34,362 bases of DNA from a virus (lineage: Duplodnaviria; Caudoviricetes), in IMG/VR virus record IMGVR_UViG_3300025356_000005, positions 1 through 34,362 of that record; one strand, given 5' to 3'. Made by a program: the position numbers and the translations under genes. Every line of letters starts with the position of its first letter. Within the stretch, counting starts at the first letter, position 1. The notes under the pieces are model-generated. The model was not told where the DNA came from. It made no database searches and saw nothing but the letters and a program-made list of their open reading frames with translations. This document shows positions 9,879 to 18,676 of this stretch, piece after piece.

Positions 9879-10271
9879 TTAGTCTTTGTCGGTTGTTGAT
9901 TCTGATGCGGCTTTTAGCCCCATGTCGATGGCATCTTCATCGTTAGGCTCGTTGGATTTATTTTCCTCAGATTCTGTAGATTCTCCGGCCTTGATGCCGT
10001 GGATCTCAAGCTCAGTCGTGTAGCGGTTCTCTTCCTTGCCGTTGATCGTGATCTTTTCCTCACGCTCCATTACTTTCTTGTAATGGATGATTGCTGTCCC
10101 TTCCTTGGGGAGATCTTTCAACTCAGCTTTATTATGGAACCAGAGACAAGGGTAATGAATGTGCGTGTCAGCCTCTGTCTCAACTTTCTCAATGTGTCCT
10201 TGTCCCTTTTGAGAAAGGTCTTCTCCAAGGTCGTGAAAGCCTTCAGGAATATGGATTTTATCGGATTTCAT
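9879..10271 (-). CDS. Acidic hypothetical protein with scaffold-like C-terminal motif DAIDMGL
   Basis: 130 aa, TAATTATG start context. Confidence 0.7.
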   Translation of the reverse strand: MKSDKIHIPEGFHDLGEDLSQKGQGHIEKVETEADTHIHYPCLWFHNKAELKDLPKEGTAIIHYKKVMEREEKITINGKEENRYTTELEIHGIKAGESTESEENKSNEPNDEDAIDMGLKAASESTTDKD

Positions 10272-10276
10272 AATTA

Positions 10277-10438
10277 TTAGATAGAAGATGGAGTTGGTGT
10301 AGGTGCAGGAAGAGGAATATTTCCTTCAGCCAACCATGCAAGATAGGCTTGATAATCTATATTTTGGTGGTCAAAGGGGATAAATGCATTGTCTGAAATG
10401 CGAATTACCGTAGAATGATAAGGAACAAGTTGGTACAT
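10277..10438 (-). CDS. Tail fibre assembly chaperone-like small protein (53 aa)
   Basis: Below the ORF-track size cut-off. Translates MYQLVPYHSTVIRISDNAFIPFDHQNIDYQAYLAWLAEGNIPLPAPTPTPSSI; the IP.D..N.DYQ.YL.W...GN motif is typical of genes directly downstream of tail fibres. Confidence 0.8.
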   Translation of the reverse strand: MYQLVPYHSTVIRISDNAFIPFDHQNIDYQAYLAWLAEGNIPLPAPTPTPSSI

Positions 10439-10441
10439 AAA

Positions 10442-12205
10442 TTATAGCTCTGCTGAGAAGGTAGCTAGATTACCTGTAAAATTTGTTTCAAGGGTTGAAT
10501 ATGCTGGGCTAAAACTAGCTGCTCCATTTGTGTAAAAAATTATTTGATTAGATTGTAGAATCTGACCTGTATACCAAGTTATTGTTCCTGTTTTTGTTGA
10601 ATATCCAACTCCATAATCAGCAAACGTCCATTTATTAATAGAAGGTGTTCCAGTAACATAATTTGCATTTGTCAAACTACTATTTAATATAATTGTAGGA
10701 GTTGCCCTCATAGTTACTGGTAGAGTAACTACAAAGTTTGGTGCTGTACCACCACCTTGAGTTGAGCTACTTAACGTATTAACATACCAATAATATCTTT
10801 TGCATAACAAATCAATTTGTTGATAAGGCAATCGTTCAAATGGTGTCACTACTGTTCCTAGTTCAAGTTGAGGATTTGATACTGTTCCATTTGTAAATAT
10901 TATCGTAGCATTTGTATTTGAAGGAAGAGTGATTGTTCCTCCGTTTAATACTGCCGCTCCATTGATTGTTGCTGTAGCAGTTCCCAGCCATGAAAGAACG
11001 TAAGTTCCTCCCTCCATGTTTACTCCTTCAACTACTTGAGCAATGCCTCCTACTGGTGCTGTAATTATTTTGTCAATTCCGTTTTGTGTCCATGAAACAG
11101 ATTGTCCAGAAACAATTACATTCCAACGATCAAGCGTGTATTGATTGGCTGCCGTTGTAGCAGTTCCTGACACATAACCTCTTTGGTTAACAATAAAAGA
11201 TCCGTTTATTAGACGATTTCTATTAGCAAGAGGAGTTGCGTTGGATAGTCCTCCACTAAGAGTAATTGAAGTTCCAGTAACATTGCCAGTAACATTTCCA
11301 ACAAGATTGCCAGTTACATTTCCGACAACCTGACCAGTAAATTGGTTCGCAGTTACATTTCCAGCAACAGAAAGACCGCCAGAAAGAGTTCCATCTGTTC
11401 CATTGATAGTCCCTCCAGAAAGATTGGTTGCAGTTGTTGCAGTTAATGCATTTCCAGAGAACGAGCTTGTCCAGCTGGGCGCAGTTCCATCTGTTTGAAG
11501 GATTTGTCCATTAGTTCCTGCCGCCAGCATGGTTGTTGTATCTACTGCTGTTTGATAAGGAATGCTTCCGGCTGCTCCTCCACCAATGTTTCCTGCTGTA
11601 GATGTTGCGGTAGGAGTTACCCATTGAGGTGCAGATGTGCCATTAGATTGCAGTACATATCCGACTGTTCCAGCAGGCAATTTTGCAGTTACTCCAGCAG
11701 CAGATTGATAAAGAAGCTGACCAGATCCTCCTCCAGTAATGTTATTTGCAGAAGCTGCTGTAACTCCTGAGAAGTTTCCTCCAACAATGGTGGATGTACC
11801 AAAATTAACTGTCCCATTAATTACAGGCGATACTAATGTCTTGTTGGTAAGTGTCTGAATACCATTAAGAGTTACTGTGTCAACAACTCCAGTTTGATTA
11901 AGAACTCTAAGAATGTAGCAAAGAAGACCCTCTCCAGCGTTGCGAGGAATGCCATAAACATTTGCTGTATTATTAGGATCACACGCGATATTCCAGACAA
12001 CTTTTCCGTTTACAACAGACCTTGTGTTGTAAGGGACAGGAATAGTAGGAGTTGGCGTAAAGGTTCCGTAGAGAGCCGTTACAAGGTTATCAATCAGGCT
12101 AGGAACAGATTCATGCGAAATGCTAGGATAAGGAATGTCTGCTCGGCAGACGCTTCCATATGTTGAATCTCCAACGCCGTTATTATTATTGCATCCACAA
12201 GACAT
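10442..12205 (-). CDS. Tail fibre protein
   Basis: QTLTNKTL, tandem GG..G..PYQ...T..L.AGT.G..L repeats, GNVTG repeats, RNRLINGSF.VNQRG...YTLDRW, QLELG...TPFE.......L.CKRYY and terminal FSAEL motifs. Confidence 0.85.
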   Translation of the reverse strand: MSCGCNNNNGVGDSTYGSVCRADIPYPSISHESVPSLIDNLVTALYGTFTPTPTIPVPYNTRSVVNGKVVWNIACDPNNTANVYGIPRNAGEGLLCYILRVLNQTGVVDTVTLNGIQTLTNKTLVSPVINGTVNFGTSTIVGGNFSGVTAASANNITGGGSGQLLYQSAAGVTAKLPAGTVGYVLQSNGTSAPQWVTPTATSTAGNIGGGAAGSIPYQTAVDTTTMLAAGTNGQILQTDGTAPSWTSSFSGNALTATTATNLSGGTINGTDGTLSGGLSVAGNVTANQFTGQVVGNVTGNLVGNVTGNVTGTSITLSGGLSNATPLANRNRLINGSFIVNQRGYVSGTATTAANQYTLDRWNVIVSGQSVSWTQNGIDKIITAPVGGIAQVVEGVNMEGGTYVLSWLGTATATINGAAVLNGGTITLPSNTNATIIFTNGTVSNPQLELGTVVTPFERLPYQQIDLLCKRYYWYVNTLSSSTQGGGTAPNFVVTLPVTMRATPTIILNSSLTNANYVTGTPSINKWTFADYGVGYSTKTGTITWYTGQILQSNQIIFYTNGAASFSPAYSTLETNFTGNLATFSAEL

Positions 12206-12249
12206 AATCGTGAGTTTTATCTTTTAACTAATGATTGTAAAGTAGATTT

Positions 12250-12504
12250 CTACTTTTTGTGATAATGCCATACTTCTGAAACACATCTCCCTGTAACTAT
12301 GCGAAATTTCTTTCTCTGAATTAATCCAAGTTTCATTAGCTTTGACATACGGGAATTCGTTGTTGTCATAGGAAGCTGAAATTTCTCTGCCATATCGGTA
12401 AGAGTTACCCATCCATCCGGCACTTCATCAACTCTTCCTGTGCAGTATTTTGAATCCATTAATTTGGTTAACCAATCATTTGCTGTCTTAGTATTTTTTT
12501 TCAT
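12250..12504 (-). CDS. Small winged-HTH-like protein
   Basis: VPDGWVTLTDMAEKFQLPMTTTNSRMSKLMKLGLI resembles a wHTH. Confidence 0.55.
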   Translation of the reverse strand: MKKNTKTANDWLTKLMDSKYCTGRVDEVPDGWVTLTDMAEKFQLPMTTTNSRMSKLMKLGLIQRKKFRIVTGRCVSEVWHYHKK

Positions 12505-12508
12505 GTGT

Positions 12509-13276
12509 TTATACGGTTAATCTATTTCCTTTTTTTATGTTTTCAGCAGCCCATAGAGGCTGAAAATTTGTGTAATGATTAAGTCTAATTGTTTCTTCTT
12601 CTGTTTTTGCTGAAGAGATTGGAATGATATGATCAAGATGCCATGCAGTTCTATTTTCCCATGTCATACCATTCTTGAATCTTTGCTCAATATAGTTTTT
12701 AAAAAATTCTATTGAACAACCAAGTATTTGTGTGGTTCTAGAGTTTTTATTATACCCATTATTTTTAAAACAACCTCCAATCAGAGAAACAAGATTCCTT
12801 CTCAATTTAAAAACTGGGTCTTTTTTTGTTTTTTCGGCTATATACAAAGATTGCCTAGCGTTTCTTTTCTCTTTGTTGTTTTGTTTCCACAATCTAGAGG
12901 CTTGCTTGTATTGTTCTGGTTTTCTATCTCTGCATCTTTTTTCTGTGACTTTTAGTTTTTCAGAATTATTTTCTCTGTAAATTCTTTTTACCTCTTTTAT
13001 TTTTTCTTTGTTTTTCTGTGCGTAGTCTTTTGACCTTTTTTTGTATTTTTCTGGGTTTTTTAAATACATTTCCCTTGCTGATGCGTTATATTTTTCTGGG
13101 TTTGAATGATATTTTTTTGATTGAGCATCTGTTGCGTTTCTTTTGTATTTTTCAAGTTGTTCTTTTGTTATCCAATATTCTCCGTTTTTCGCGTTTGCAG
13201 CGTATTTATAAAACACCATTCCATCATCTCTGATGTCTCCTCGCTTGTGTTTTTTTGTTAAATAGGAAGTCTCCAT
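12509..13276 (-). CDS. Free-standing HNH homing endonuclease
   Basis: C-terminal WHLDHIIP...LNHYTNFQPLWAAENIKKGN, Lys-rich repeats, N-terminal KRGDIRDDGMVF. Visibly AT-richer than neighbours. Start placed at ATG 13276, overlapping the upstream gene end. Confidence 0.85.
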   Translation of the reverse strand: METSYLTKKHKRGDIRDDGMVFYKYAANAKNGEYWITKEQLEKYKRNATDAQSKKYHSNPEKYNASAREMYLKNPEKYKKRSKDYAQKNKEKIKEVKRIYRENNSEKLKVTEKRCRDRKPEQYKQASRLWKQNNKEKRNARQSLYIAEKTKKDPVFKLRRNLVSLIGGCFKNNGYNKNSRTTQILGCSIEFFKNYIEQRFKNGMTWENRTAWHLDHIIPISSAKTEEETIRLNHYTNFQPLWAAENIKKGNRLTV

Positions 13277-14022
13277 ACTTCGTCTTTTGATCGTTGGATT
13301 ATTTGTAGAGAAGATTGATTCAGGGTCTCGCAGTACTCGCCATAAAGTATTCCTTGTGACCACGAATGAGTCGCCCTTCGATTCTTTGCGTACTCTAGCG
13401 ACCCTCGTTGCGTCAATGTACCAATATTATAGGATGTTCCTCCATGAAGAGTTCTTGCGCTTGCAATTGCTACTCGATGCGTATGACCAAAGCATACTCG
13501 CCTTCGTTTACCATTACAATATTGTTCTGCCATGTCTCTAGCAGCAGATTCACCATAGCAAGTACCATGTGTGAATCCTGTATCCGCGATGTCAACCATC
13601 TGCTCAATTCCAGTATAAGGTATCAAGCGGGCCTTTAGGTCTTTTGCCGTGTCTTCGATGGAGTTGATAATTTTATGAGCGCAGTATGCGGTAACAGAGT
13701 TCTTGCTGTGTGTTAATTTCCACGCCCTGTCCTCATGGTTTCCGCATAGAATGTACGGATCTTTACATCCTGCCATAAGCTGCCGGAGGTGTACTAAGCC
13801 AGTATCAATATCCGGCGTTACCTCGTCCCCATCGCTTCCAGATCCTGCTCCATTTGCCATCAGCGCAGAAAGGTCAATAAAATCACCTAAATGCAAAATG
13901 CTATCCGGTTTGAATTTGTCTTTGAAGCTCAAGACATGATTCCATGCATCTTTATCAATATATTTTGCGTGACTACAGGAAACAGCCAATAGCTTCTTCC
14001 ATTTGTGATTTATGTTTGCCAT
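13258..14022 (-). CDS. Calcineurin-like metallophosphoesterase
   Basis: LGDFID, GNHE, HG and GHTH motifs; first motif is CSH instead of DxH. Confidence 0.85.
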   Translation of the reverse strand: MANINHKWKKLLAVSCSHAKYIDKDAWNHVLSFKDKFKPDSILHLGDFIDLSALMANGAGSGSDGDEVTPDIDTGLVHLRQLMAGCKDPYILCGNHEDRAWKLTHSKNSVTAYCAHKIINSIEDTAKDLKARLIPYTGIEQMVDIADTGFTHGTCYGESAARDMAEQYCNGKRRRVCFGHTHRVAIASARTLHGGTSYNIGTLTQRGSLEYAKNRRATHSWSQGILYGEYCETLNQSSLQIIQRSKDEVWRLPI

Positions 14023-14265
14023 TTATTTATACTCCTTTTCTTGTTCGTCATCTGGATCGAAGTCTCCATCAACCCATTTTCCAACATGATTCTGGATAGC
14101 AAACTTATTTCCCTGCAATATGTGGGCGTGTTGTGTCTCGCCATCCTCGTCAACCCAGTTAATAAATACCGCTAGGTTTGGAAAGTGTTCAGTAATAATA
14201 CCGATAGCTTTCTGGAGATTATTCCATTCGCATTCGGTAATGGTTTCTGGCCTTGGAGGAATCAC
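14023..14265 (-). CDS. Hypothetical protein
   Basis: 80 aa, ATGA-coupled to the endolysin gene. Confidence 0.65.
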   Translation of the reverse strand: MIPPRPETITECEWNNLQKAIGIITEHFPNLAVFINWVDEDGETQHAHILQGNKFAIQNHVGKWVDGDFDPDDEQEKEYK

Positions 14266-14753
14266 AAGGTCTTGAGATGCACGAAACTTGCGAGGTCGTC
14301 CAGTCTATTATTCCATCCGGCTAAGAATTTTTGATCATAAGGATGAGCCTTAACTATCAAATCATTTACTCTTCGCTGATCATTGATGAATGCAGCGGCA
14401 TCGTGTCGTGTCCTATTCAGGATTAAGTTGGCCTGCTTTACTCCACTTACAATTTTACAATTGAACCATACTTCACCTAGAGGATACTCCATATCTTCCA
14501 CATGGAACCTATTCCAGTTTCTCCAGTACAAATTAGTTGCACCATCCATCGTGAGATTGCGTATGTTGTCAGCACTAAGATTAAACGGACTCTCACCGAA
14601 TTCACGCAGGTCGCATCCCCACTTGGTGATCCCGCCGTCATCCCCTTTCACTTCCTCCGCGACTACGAAGTTGTAGTCCCCGTAGTGGCCTTTAGCGAAG
14701 ACACACTCATGGCTAAAAATAAATGGAAGGAAATTCCTAAAACGCTGTGTCAT
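14262..14753 (-). CDS. Endolysin, glycoside hydrolase family 108-like
   Basis: HE...D.GG.TKWG catalytic-region motif, IRNLT...A..LY...W, C-terminal KFL.GW.NR peptidoglycan-binding motif. Confidence 0.85.
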   Translation of the reverse strand: MTQRFRNFLPFIFSHECVFAKGHYGDYNFVVAEEVKGDDGGITKWGCDLREFGESPFNLSADNIRNLTMDGATNLYWRNWNRFHVEDMEYPLGEVWFNCKIVSGVKQANLILNRTRHDAAAFINDQRRVNDLIVKAHPYDQKFLAGWNNRLDDLASFVHLKTL

Positions 14754-15153
14754 GTGTCAGCAGATAGTCTTTGGGATCTCTGCGAAGCTCTGTAATGTGA
14801 GTCTCAGACTCCGGCAACTCTTGGTTGGATTCTATGCGTTGATCTTCGTCTAGGTGCTGAAGGACACTCATGCCCTTAAAATCAACTACTGCTTGACCAG
14901 TTAAAATTGTAGTGGTGATAGCGGCAAAAAACATGATCACAAGATTTGCCAATTCTGTTATTTCTTTGGCTTGCTCGGCATGGAAAAGAATCAATCCAGC
15001 CGAAATGCCAAAAACCAACAAAACGCATCCAGCTCCAGCCATTGCATAAATAGCTTTTTTTGAATCAAGAGGACGCTGTTTTAGCTTGTCCTCAATGATT
15101 GATTGTTTGGAATTTTTCAACAGATTAATGTCCCCTCTTTTGAACTTGTTCAC
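14737..15153 (-). CDS. Two-TM membrane protein, holin candidate
   Basis: Hydrophobic segments AIYAMAGAGCVLLVFGISAGLILF and LANLVIMFFAAITTTILTG; adjacent to the endolysin. Start placed at GTG 15153 (GTGA overlap). Confidence 0.55.
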   Translation of the reverse strand: MNKFKRGDINLLKNSKQSIIEDKLKQRPLDSKKAIYAMAGAGCVLLVFGISAGLILFHAEQAKEITELANLVIMFFAAITTTILTGQAVVDFKGMSVLQHLDEDQRIESNQELPESETHITELRRDPKDYLLTHDTAF

Positions 15154-15512
15154 AGGGCGAATCGCCAAGCTGTTTTAATCCCGATATATCCCACAACGCA
15201 CAGGATGGAGACAATAGCAATTCCCCTCCAGAACCAGAGTTCTTTCAGAGCCTTCTCTTGCTTGCTGTGCCAATAGACAACATCGTTTTGAGCCTTGGCT
15301 AAATCCTTTGCTTGTTGGTCAACTTGTACCTCGTATGCCGTAATAGCCGACTCTAAATTGCTGATAGCTTTCTGTCCCTCTGGCTTCACCAATGGCTTGA
15401 GCTTCTCAACCGAAGTGCGAACTGCCACAACAGATGGAGCAATGTATGTAGTTTTCTCAGGATGAGCGCATCCGGCAATTAGCAATGCCGCCAGCAGGAG
15501 AAGTTTCTTCAT
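15150..15512 (-). CDS. Lipoprotein with C-terminal TM helix; unimolecular-spanin-like
   Basis: MKKLLLLAALLIAG-C lipobox, coiled-coil middle, C-terminal TM WFWRGIAIVSILCVVGYIGI; lies in the lysis cassette. Confidence 0.65.
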   Translation of the reverse strand: MKKLLLLAALLIAGCAHPEKTTYIAPSVVAVRTSVEKLKPLVKPEGQKAISNLESAITAYEVQVDQQAKDLAKAQNDVVYWHSKQEKALKELWFWRGIAIVSILCVVGYIGIKTAWRFAL

Positions 15513-15709
15513 TTGTTCCTGTTTTTGTGATCGGCGTAAAGGTCGTAAGCGAGTTTGGCAAAGGAAGCGAGTCCCACAAGGATTCCGATAACCATGCTTG
15601 CAAGACGAAGCTCAAGATCAAGCATTGGGTCAAGACTGATAGCCGCCGCCGCAAGGGGGGCAGTCATTCCAATTGCTCCAGTAGCGGCAGTATCAAAGTG
15701 GTGCATCAT
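15509..15709 (-). CDS. Small holin-like membrane protein
   Basis: 66 aa, two hydrophobic segments, basic C-terminus HKNRNK. Confidence 0.55.
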   Translation of the reverse strand: MMHHFDTAATGAIGMTAPLAAAAISLDPMLDLELRLASMVIGILVGLASFAKLAYDLYADHKNRNK

Positions 15710-15711
15710 TA

Positions 15712-16032
15712 CTATTCCGCTTTAGCGGGGGTTGGGTAGAGTGCTAGGATAGCGGCTTCAATAGCAGAGTTCCCCTTACTCACATTAAGAAGGGAGGATA
15801 GGCGAGCATCCGTGTCGGAATCCGAAAACTGACCCACCGAAGAATAAGGAGGCGTAGTGTGCTGGTTCCAAAGGACAAGATTAACATTCACCCCCTTGAG
15901 ACGAGCAATGGCCTGTTGCTGTGAGTTATCATAACTCACGCTGTAGTCAATACTGGTAAGCGTAGTGGGCTGGATAGGCTTCCCGTGAACAGGCTTGGGG
16001 GAGATTGTGATTGGTGAGGTTAGTGCGATCAT
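15712..16032 (-). CDS. Hypothetical protein (possible fibre assembly partner)
   Basis: Start moved to ATG 16032 (MIALTSP), just after the upstream stop. Confidence 0.6.
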   Translation of the reverse strand: MIALTSPITISPKPVHGKPIQPTTLTSIDYSVSYDNSQQQAIARLKGVNVNLVLWNQHTTPPYSSVGQFSDSDTDARLSSLLNVSKGNSAIEAAILALYPTPAKAE

Positions 16033-16036
16033 AATT

Positions 16037-18361
16037 TTAGAACCTAATATACCAAGGGAAGCCAAGCAAGGTAGAAAGGAATCCTTTGTTTGAATTTCCA
16101 GTTGGAATGTTAACCTCAAATGAGGTTGATCCATTATACATTCCAGCATTTACATTTCCAAGTGAGTTTTGATACCATGAGTTTTGCAGGGATGCCGCAG
16201 ATTTGTAAGTTGCCTTTCCTTGGATAACAGCATGATCGTTATACGCCGTGTCTTGGAAAACAACATTACCATACAAGACTGCATTTTCTACACCTTGATT
16301 TCCTGAGAATAAGAAACCATTGGTTGCTGTAATAGAGATGTTTTGGATATTTGAATTATTTGCAGTAACGCTGTTTATGGTCGGATTAGCGGTTCCGCTA
16401 TTTGTCGTAATGCCAATAGTTGGAGCAATAAACACATCTGTAGAGGCATCTGGAAGCTCTTGCGTACCCTCTGCATTAATTGGGCGAGTGGTGAAAGTGT
16501 TGTCAGTCCACCAGTTTGAAGTGTTGCTGAAATCGCCATTACCAGCACCACCAAGAGAAACAGTATCATTGAACCATTGAGGGCTTACGGCGGGCCAACC
16601 AAGATAGGTTACGCTTCCAGCAACAGTCCCACCAATTGGGAATTGACCATTTCCTCCATCGTAATAAATCGTGGCATTACCAAGAATAGATCCAAATGCC
16701 CTAGAGCTATCTCGCATCGTCACATTGCCATCAACAACAGAAGTTAAAGCAAGTTGTGAAGAATCGTGCATTGAAACTCCATCTGTCGTGGCTCCTGCCA
16801 TCACAGAAGATCCCTGCATATTTACTACGCCAGTTGATTGAAGCGTCAGTCCTGCTCCAAAATCAGCAGACCAGAAATTCGCATCATGGCAAAAGCATTG
16901 ATTAGCCCCTTGTGTGTTCTGCGTTACTGGGCCATAAAGATTAACAATATGTGTGCTATCTGGAAGTGCCGTAGCTTGGATAGTAAATCCAGCATCTTGC
17001 CACCAGTTTAGAAGATTACCCCAATCTCCATCTTCTTGAGCATTGTTGTAATACAGCTTATTAAAAGGATATGTTAATCCAGATCCATTATTATAAAGAT
17101 ATGTTATTTCTTGATCTGAAAGAACACGACTCCACACTCCAACTTCGTCTATTTGTGCTGGGTTTGTAACGAAATCTCCACCATTGCCAATTAAGAAATT
17201 AGTGCCAACAGCCGTAGAGTTGTCAGCTACAGAAGTAATTAAAGAACCATCTACATAAAGAGATATATTTGAACCATCAGCAACTCCAACGCAAAAATGC
17301 CAATTCCCATCATTATATGATGCACCAGTTGTATTTGCAGTTGTTGCAGAAGGGGCTTGAAAATAAATATCTCCGTTAATTCCAATTAACCTAAATCCAC
17401 CCGAACTGCCCACAGAATTTGCAATCCCTCCCCAAGGTCCAGAAGATGTAGTGTTTATCCATCCCGAAAAAGAGATCGGAGTATTTGCGGAAAATACTGA
17501 AGAAGTTTGAAGATAATTACTGCCATTAAAAACAGCATCTCCTGCAATAATGCCTGTTCCTAAAGTAACATTATTATTGTTTGTAAGAGTATATCCATTC
17601 CCCGTTGAATCAACAAGGCTAACACCTCCAGAACCATTATCATTAAGATTCCAGTAGGATTTGCATCCAGCCGTTAGTGGAACAGGAAGTGGGTTTGTGA
17701 AAGGATAGGTGTTTCCTAAACCTCCATAGTAAAGATCATATACTTCGGTTGAAGATAATGCACGACTCCAAACTCCAATTTCGTCTATTGTTCCGTAATA
17801 TACCCCATCATTAGAAGCACTATTACCAATCGTAAATAGCCCATTATTCCAAAGTCCATTTGAACTATAGTTAAATATATTTCCAGATTGAACACCATTT
17901 ATATATACAGAAATTGTATTAGTTGACGCATCTCTTATACAGCCAACAAAATTCCATTGATTTAATGTTAATGGAGATGCGGATACTGCTGACGGAAATC
18001 CTGCTCCATCATAAATTATAGTTATTAAATATCCATTTTCATCAATACGAAGTTCTTGACCAACTGTTGAATCTCCATAAAAAATATCATTTATATTATT
18101 TGGGCCTCCACCAAATTGAGTAGGGTAAACCCAACAAAAATACGAAAAAGAACCATTTGGATCATAAGTAAGACCTGTTGAAAAACTATCAGATCCATTA
18201 AAAACAGCACCTCCTCCAATAATTCCAGTTCCTAGCGTAACTCCATTATTGTTTGTTAGTGTATATCCATTCCCCGTTGAATCAACAAGGCTAACACCTC
18301 CAGAACCATCATCATTAAGATTCCAGTAGGCTAAAATGTCAACTAACAGGGGTGATGACAT
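16037..18361 (-). CDS. Virion adhesin/decoration protein with two LamG (concanavalin-A-like) domains and a beta-helical C-terminal part
   Basis: Two YWNLND...IDE[IV]GVWSR.LS..E LamG units, two GD[WF]....NWW.D...LPD repeats, hydrophobic C-terminal tail FLSTLLGFPWYIRF. Confidence 0.8.
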   Translation of the reverse strand: MSSPLLVDILAYWNLNDDGSGGVSLVDSTGNGYTLTNNNGVTLGTGIIGGGAVFNGSDSFSTGLTYDPNGSFSYFCWVYPTQFGGGPNNINDIFYGDSTVGQELRIDENGYLITIIYDGAGFPSAVSASPLTLNQWNFVGCIRDASTNTISVYINGVQSGNIFNYSSNGLWNNGLFTIGNSASNDGVYYGTIDEIGVWSRALSSTEVYDLYYGGLGNTYPFTNPLPVPLTAGCKSYWNLNDNGSGGVSLVDSTGNGYTLTNNNNVTLGTGIIAGDAVFNGSNYLQTSSVFSANTPISFSGWINTTSSGPWGGIANSVGSSGGFRLIGINGDIYFQAPSATTANTTGASYNDGNWHFCVGVADGSNISLYVDGSLITSVADNSTAVGTNFLIGNGGDFVTNPAQIDEVGVWSRVLSDQEITYLYNNGSGLTYPFNKLYYNNAQEDGDWGNLLNWWQDAGFTIQATALPDSTHIVNLYGPVTQNTQGANQCFCHDANFWSADFGAGLTLQSTGVVNMQGSSVMAGATTDGVSMHDSSQLALTSVVDGNVTMRDSSRAFGSILGNATIYYDGGNGQFPIGGTVAGSVTYLGWPAVSPQWFNDTVSLGGAGNGDFSNTSNWWTDNTFTTRPINAEGTQELPDASTDVFIAPTIGITTNSGTANPTINSVTANNSNIQNISITATNGFLFSGNQGVENAVLYGNVVFQDTAYNDHAVIQGKATYKSAASLQNSWYQNSLGNVNAGMYNGSTSFEVNIPTGNSNKGFLSTLLGFPWYIRF
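17589..18330. repeat. 70-bp direct repeat (17589-17658 and 18261-18330) at the start of each LamG module
   Basis: gtatatccattccccgttgaatcaacaaggctaacacctccagaaccat[t/c]atcattaagattccagtagg, 69/70 identical, 672 bp apart. Confidence 0.95.
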
Positions 18362-18363
18362 AA

Positions 18364-18597
18364 TTAGCTAGTTACAATAGAAGTTAGATTGTTTGAACCA
18401 TCGTAGGAAAGCGTTAGTGTAGCTACCGTTGCTGATCCATTTTTCAACACAATCGTCTGAGGCTTATCTGCGGCAACATAATTAGAAAGTTGAACGCCTG
18501 TGTATGGAGGAAGGTTGAGTCCGGCAATACTTTCTACTTTTTCAAGTACTAGATGCCGGAACTTTGCTGTGTCGAGTGTGGAAGGAATATCAGACAT
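18364..18597 (-). CDS. Small structural/decoration-like protein
   Basis: Start moved to ATG 18597 (MSDIPS); ends VATLTLSYDGSNNLTSIVTS; follows the capsid gene. Confidence 0.65.
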   Translation of the reverse strand: MSDIPSTLDTAKFRHLVLEKVESIAGLNLPPYTGVQLSNYVAADKPQTIVLKNGSATVATLTLSYDGSNNLTSIVTS

Positions 18598-18628
18598 AAA
18601 ATTGTTTTGGTAGTTAATAATCAGTTGA

Positions 18629-18664
18629 GGTAGCTGGTGCAAGTATTAACTCACACCAGCCACC
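18629..18664 (-). terminator. Long hairpin after the capsid gene (terminator or processing/stabilising stem)
   Basis: GGTGGCTGGTGTGAGT-TAAT-ACTTGCACCAGCTACC, 16-bp stem with G-U pairs; no strong U tract follows. Confidence 0.55.
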
Positions 18665-18676
18665 GATAACTAACTA

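Noticed and set aside
17589-18330. Diversity-generating retroelement TR/VR pair
   Set aside because: Both copies are coding and at domain N-termini, there is only one mismatch, and no reverse transcriptase gene is in the window.
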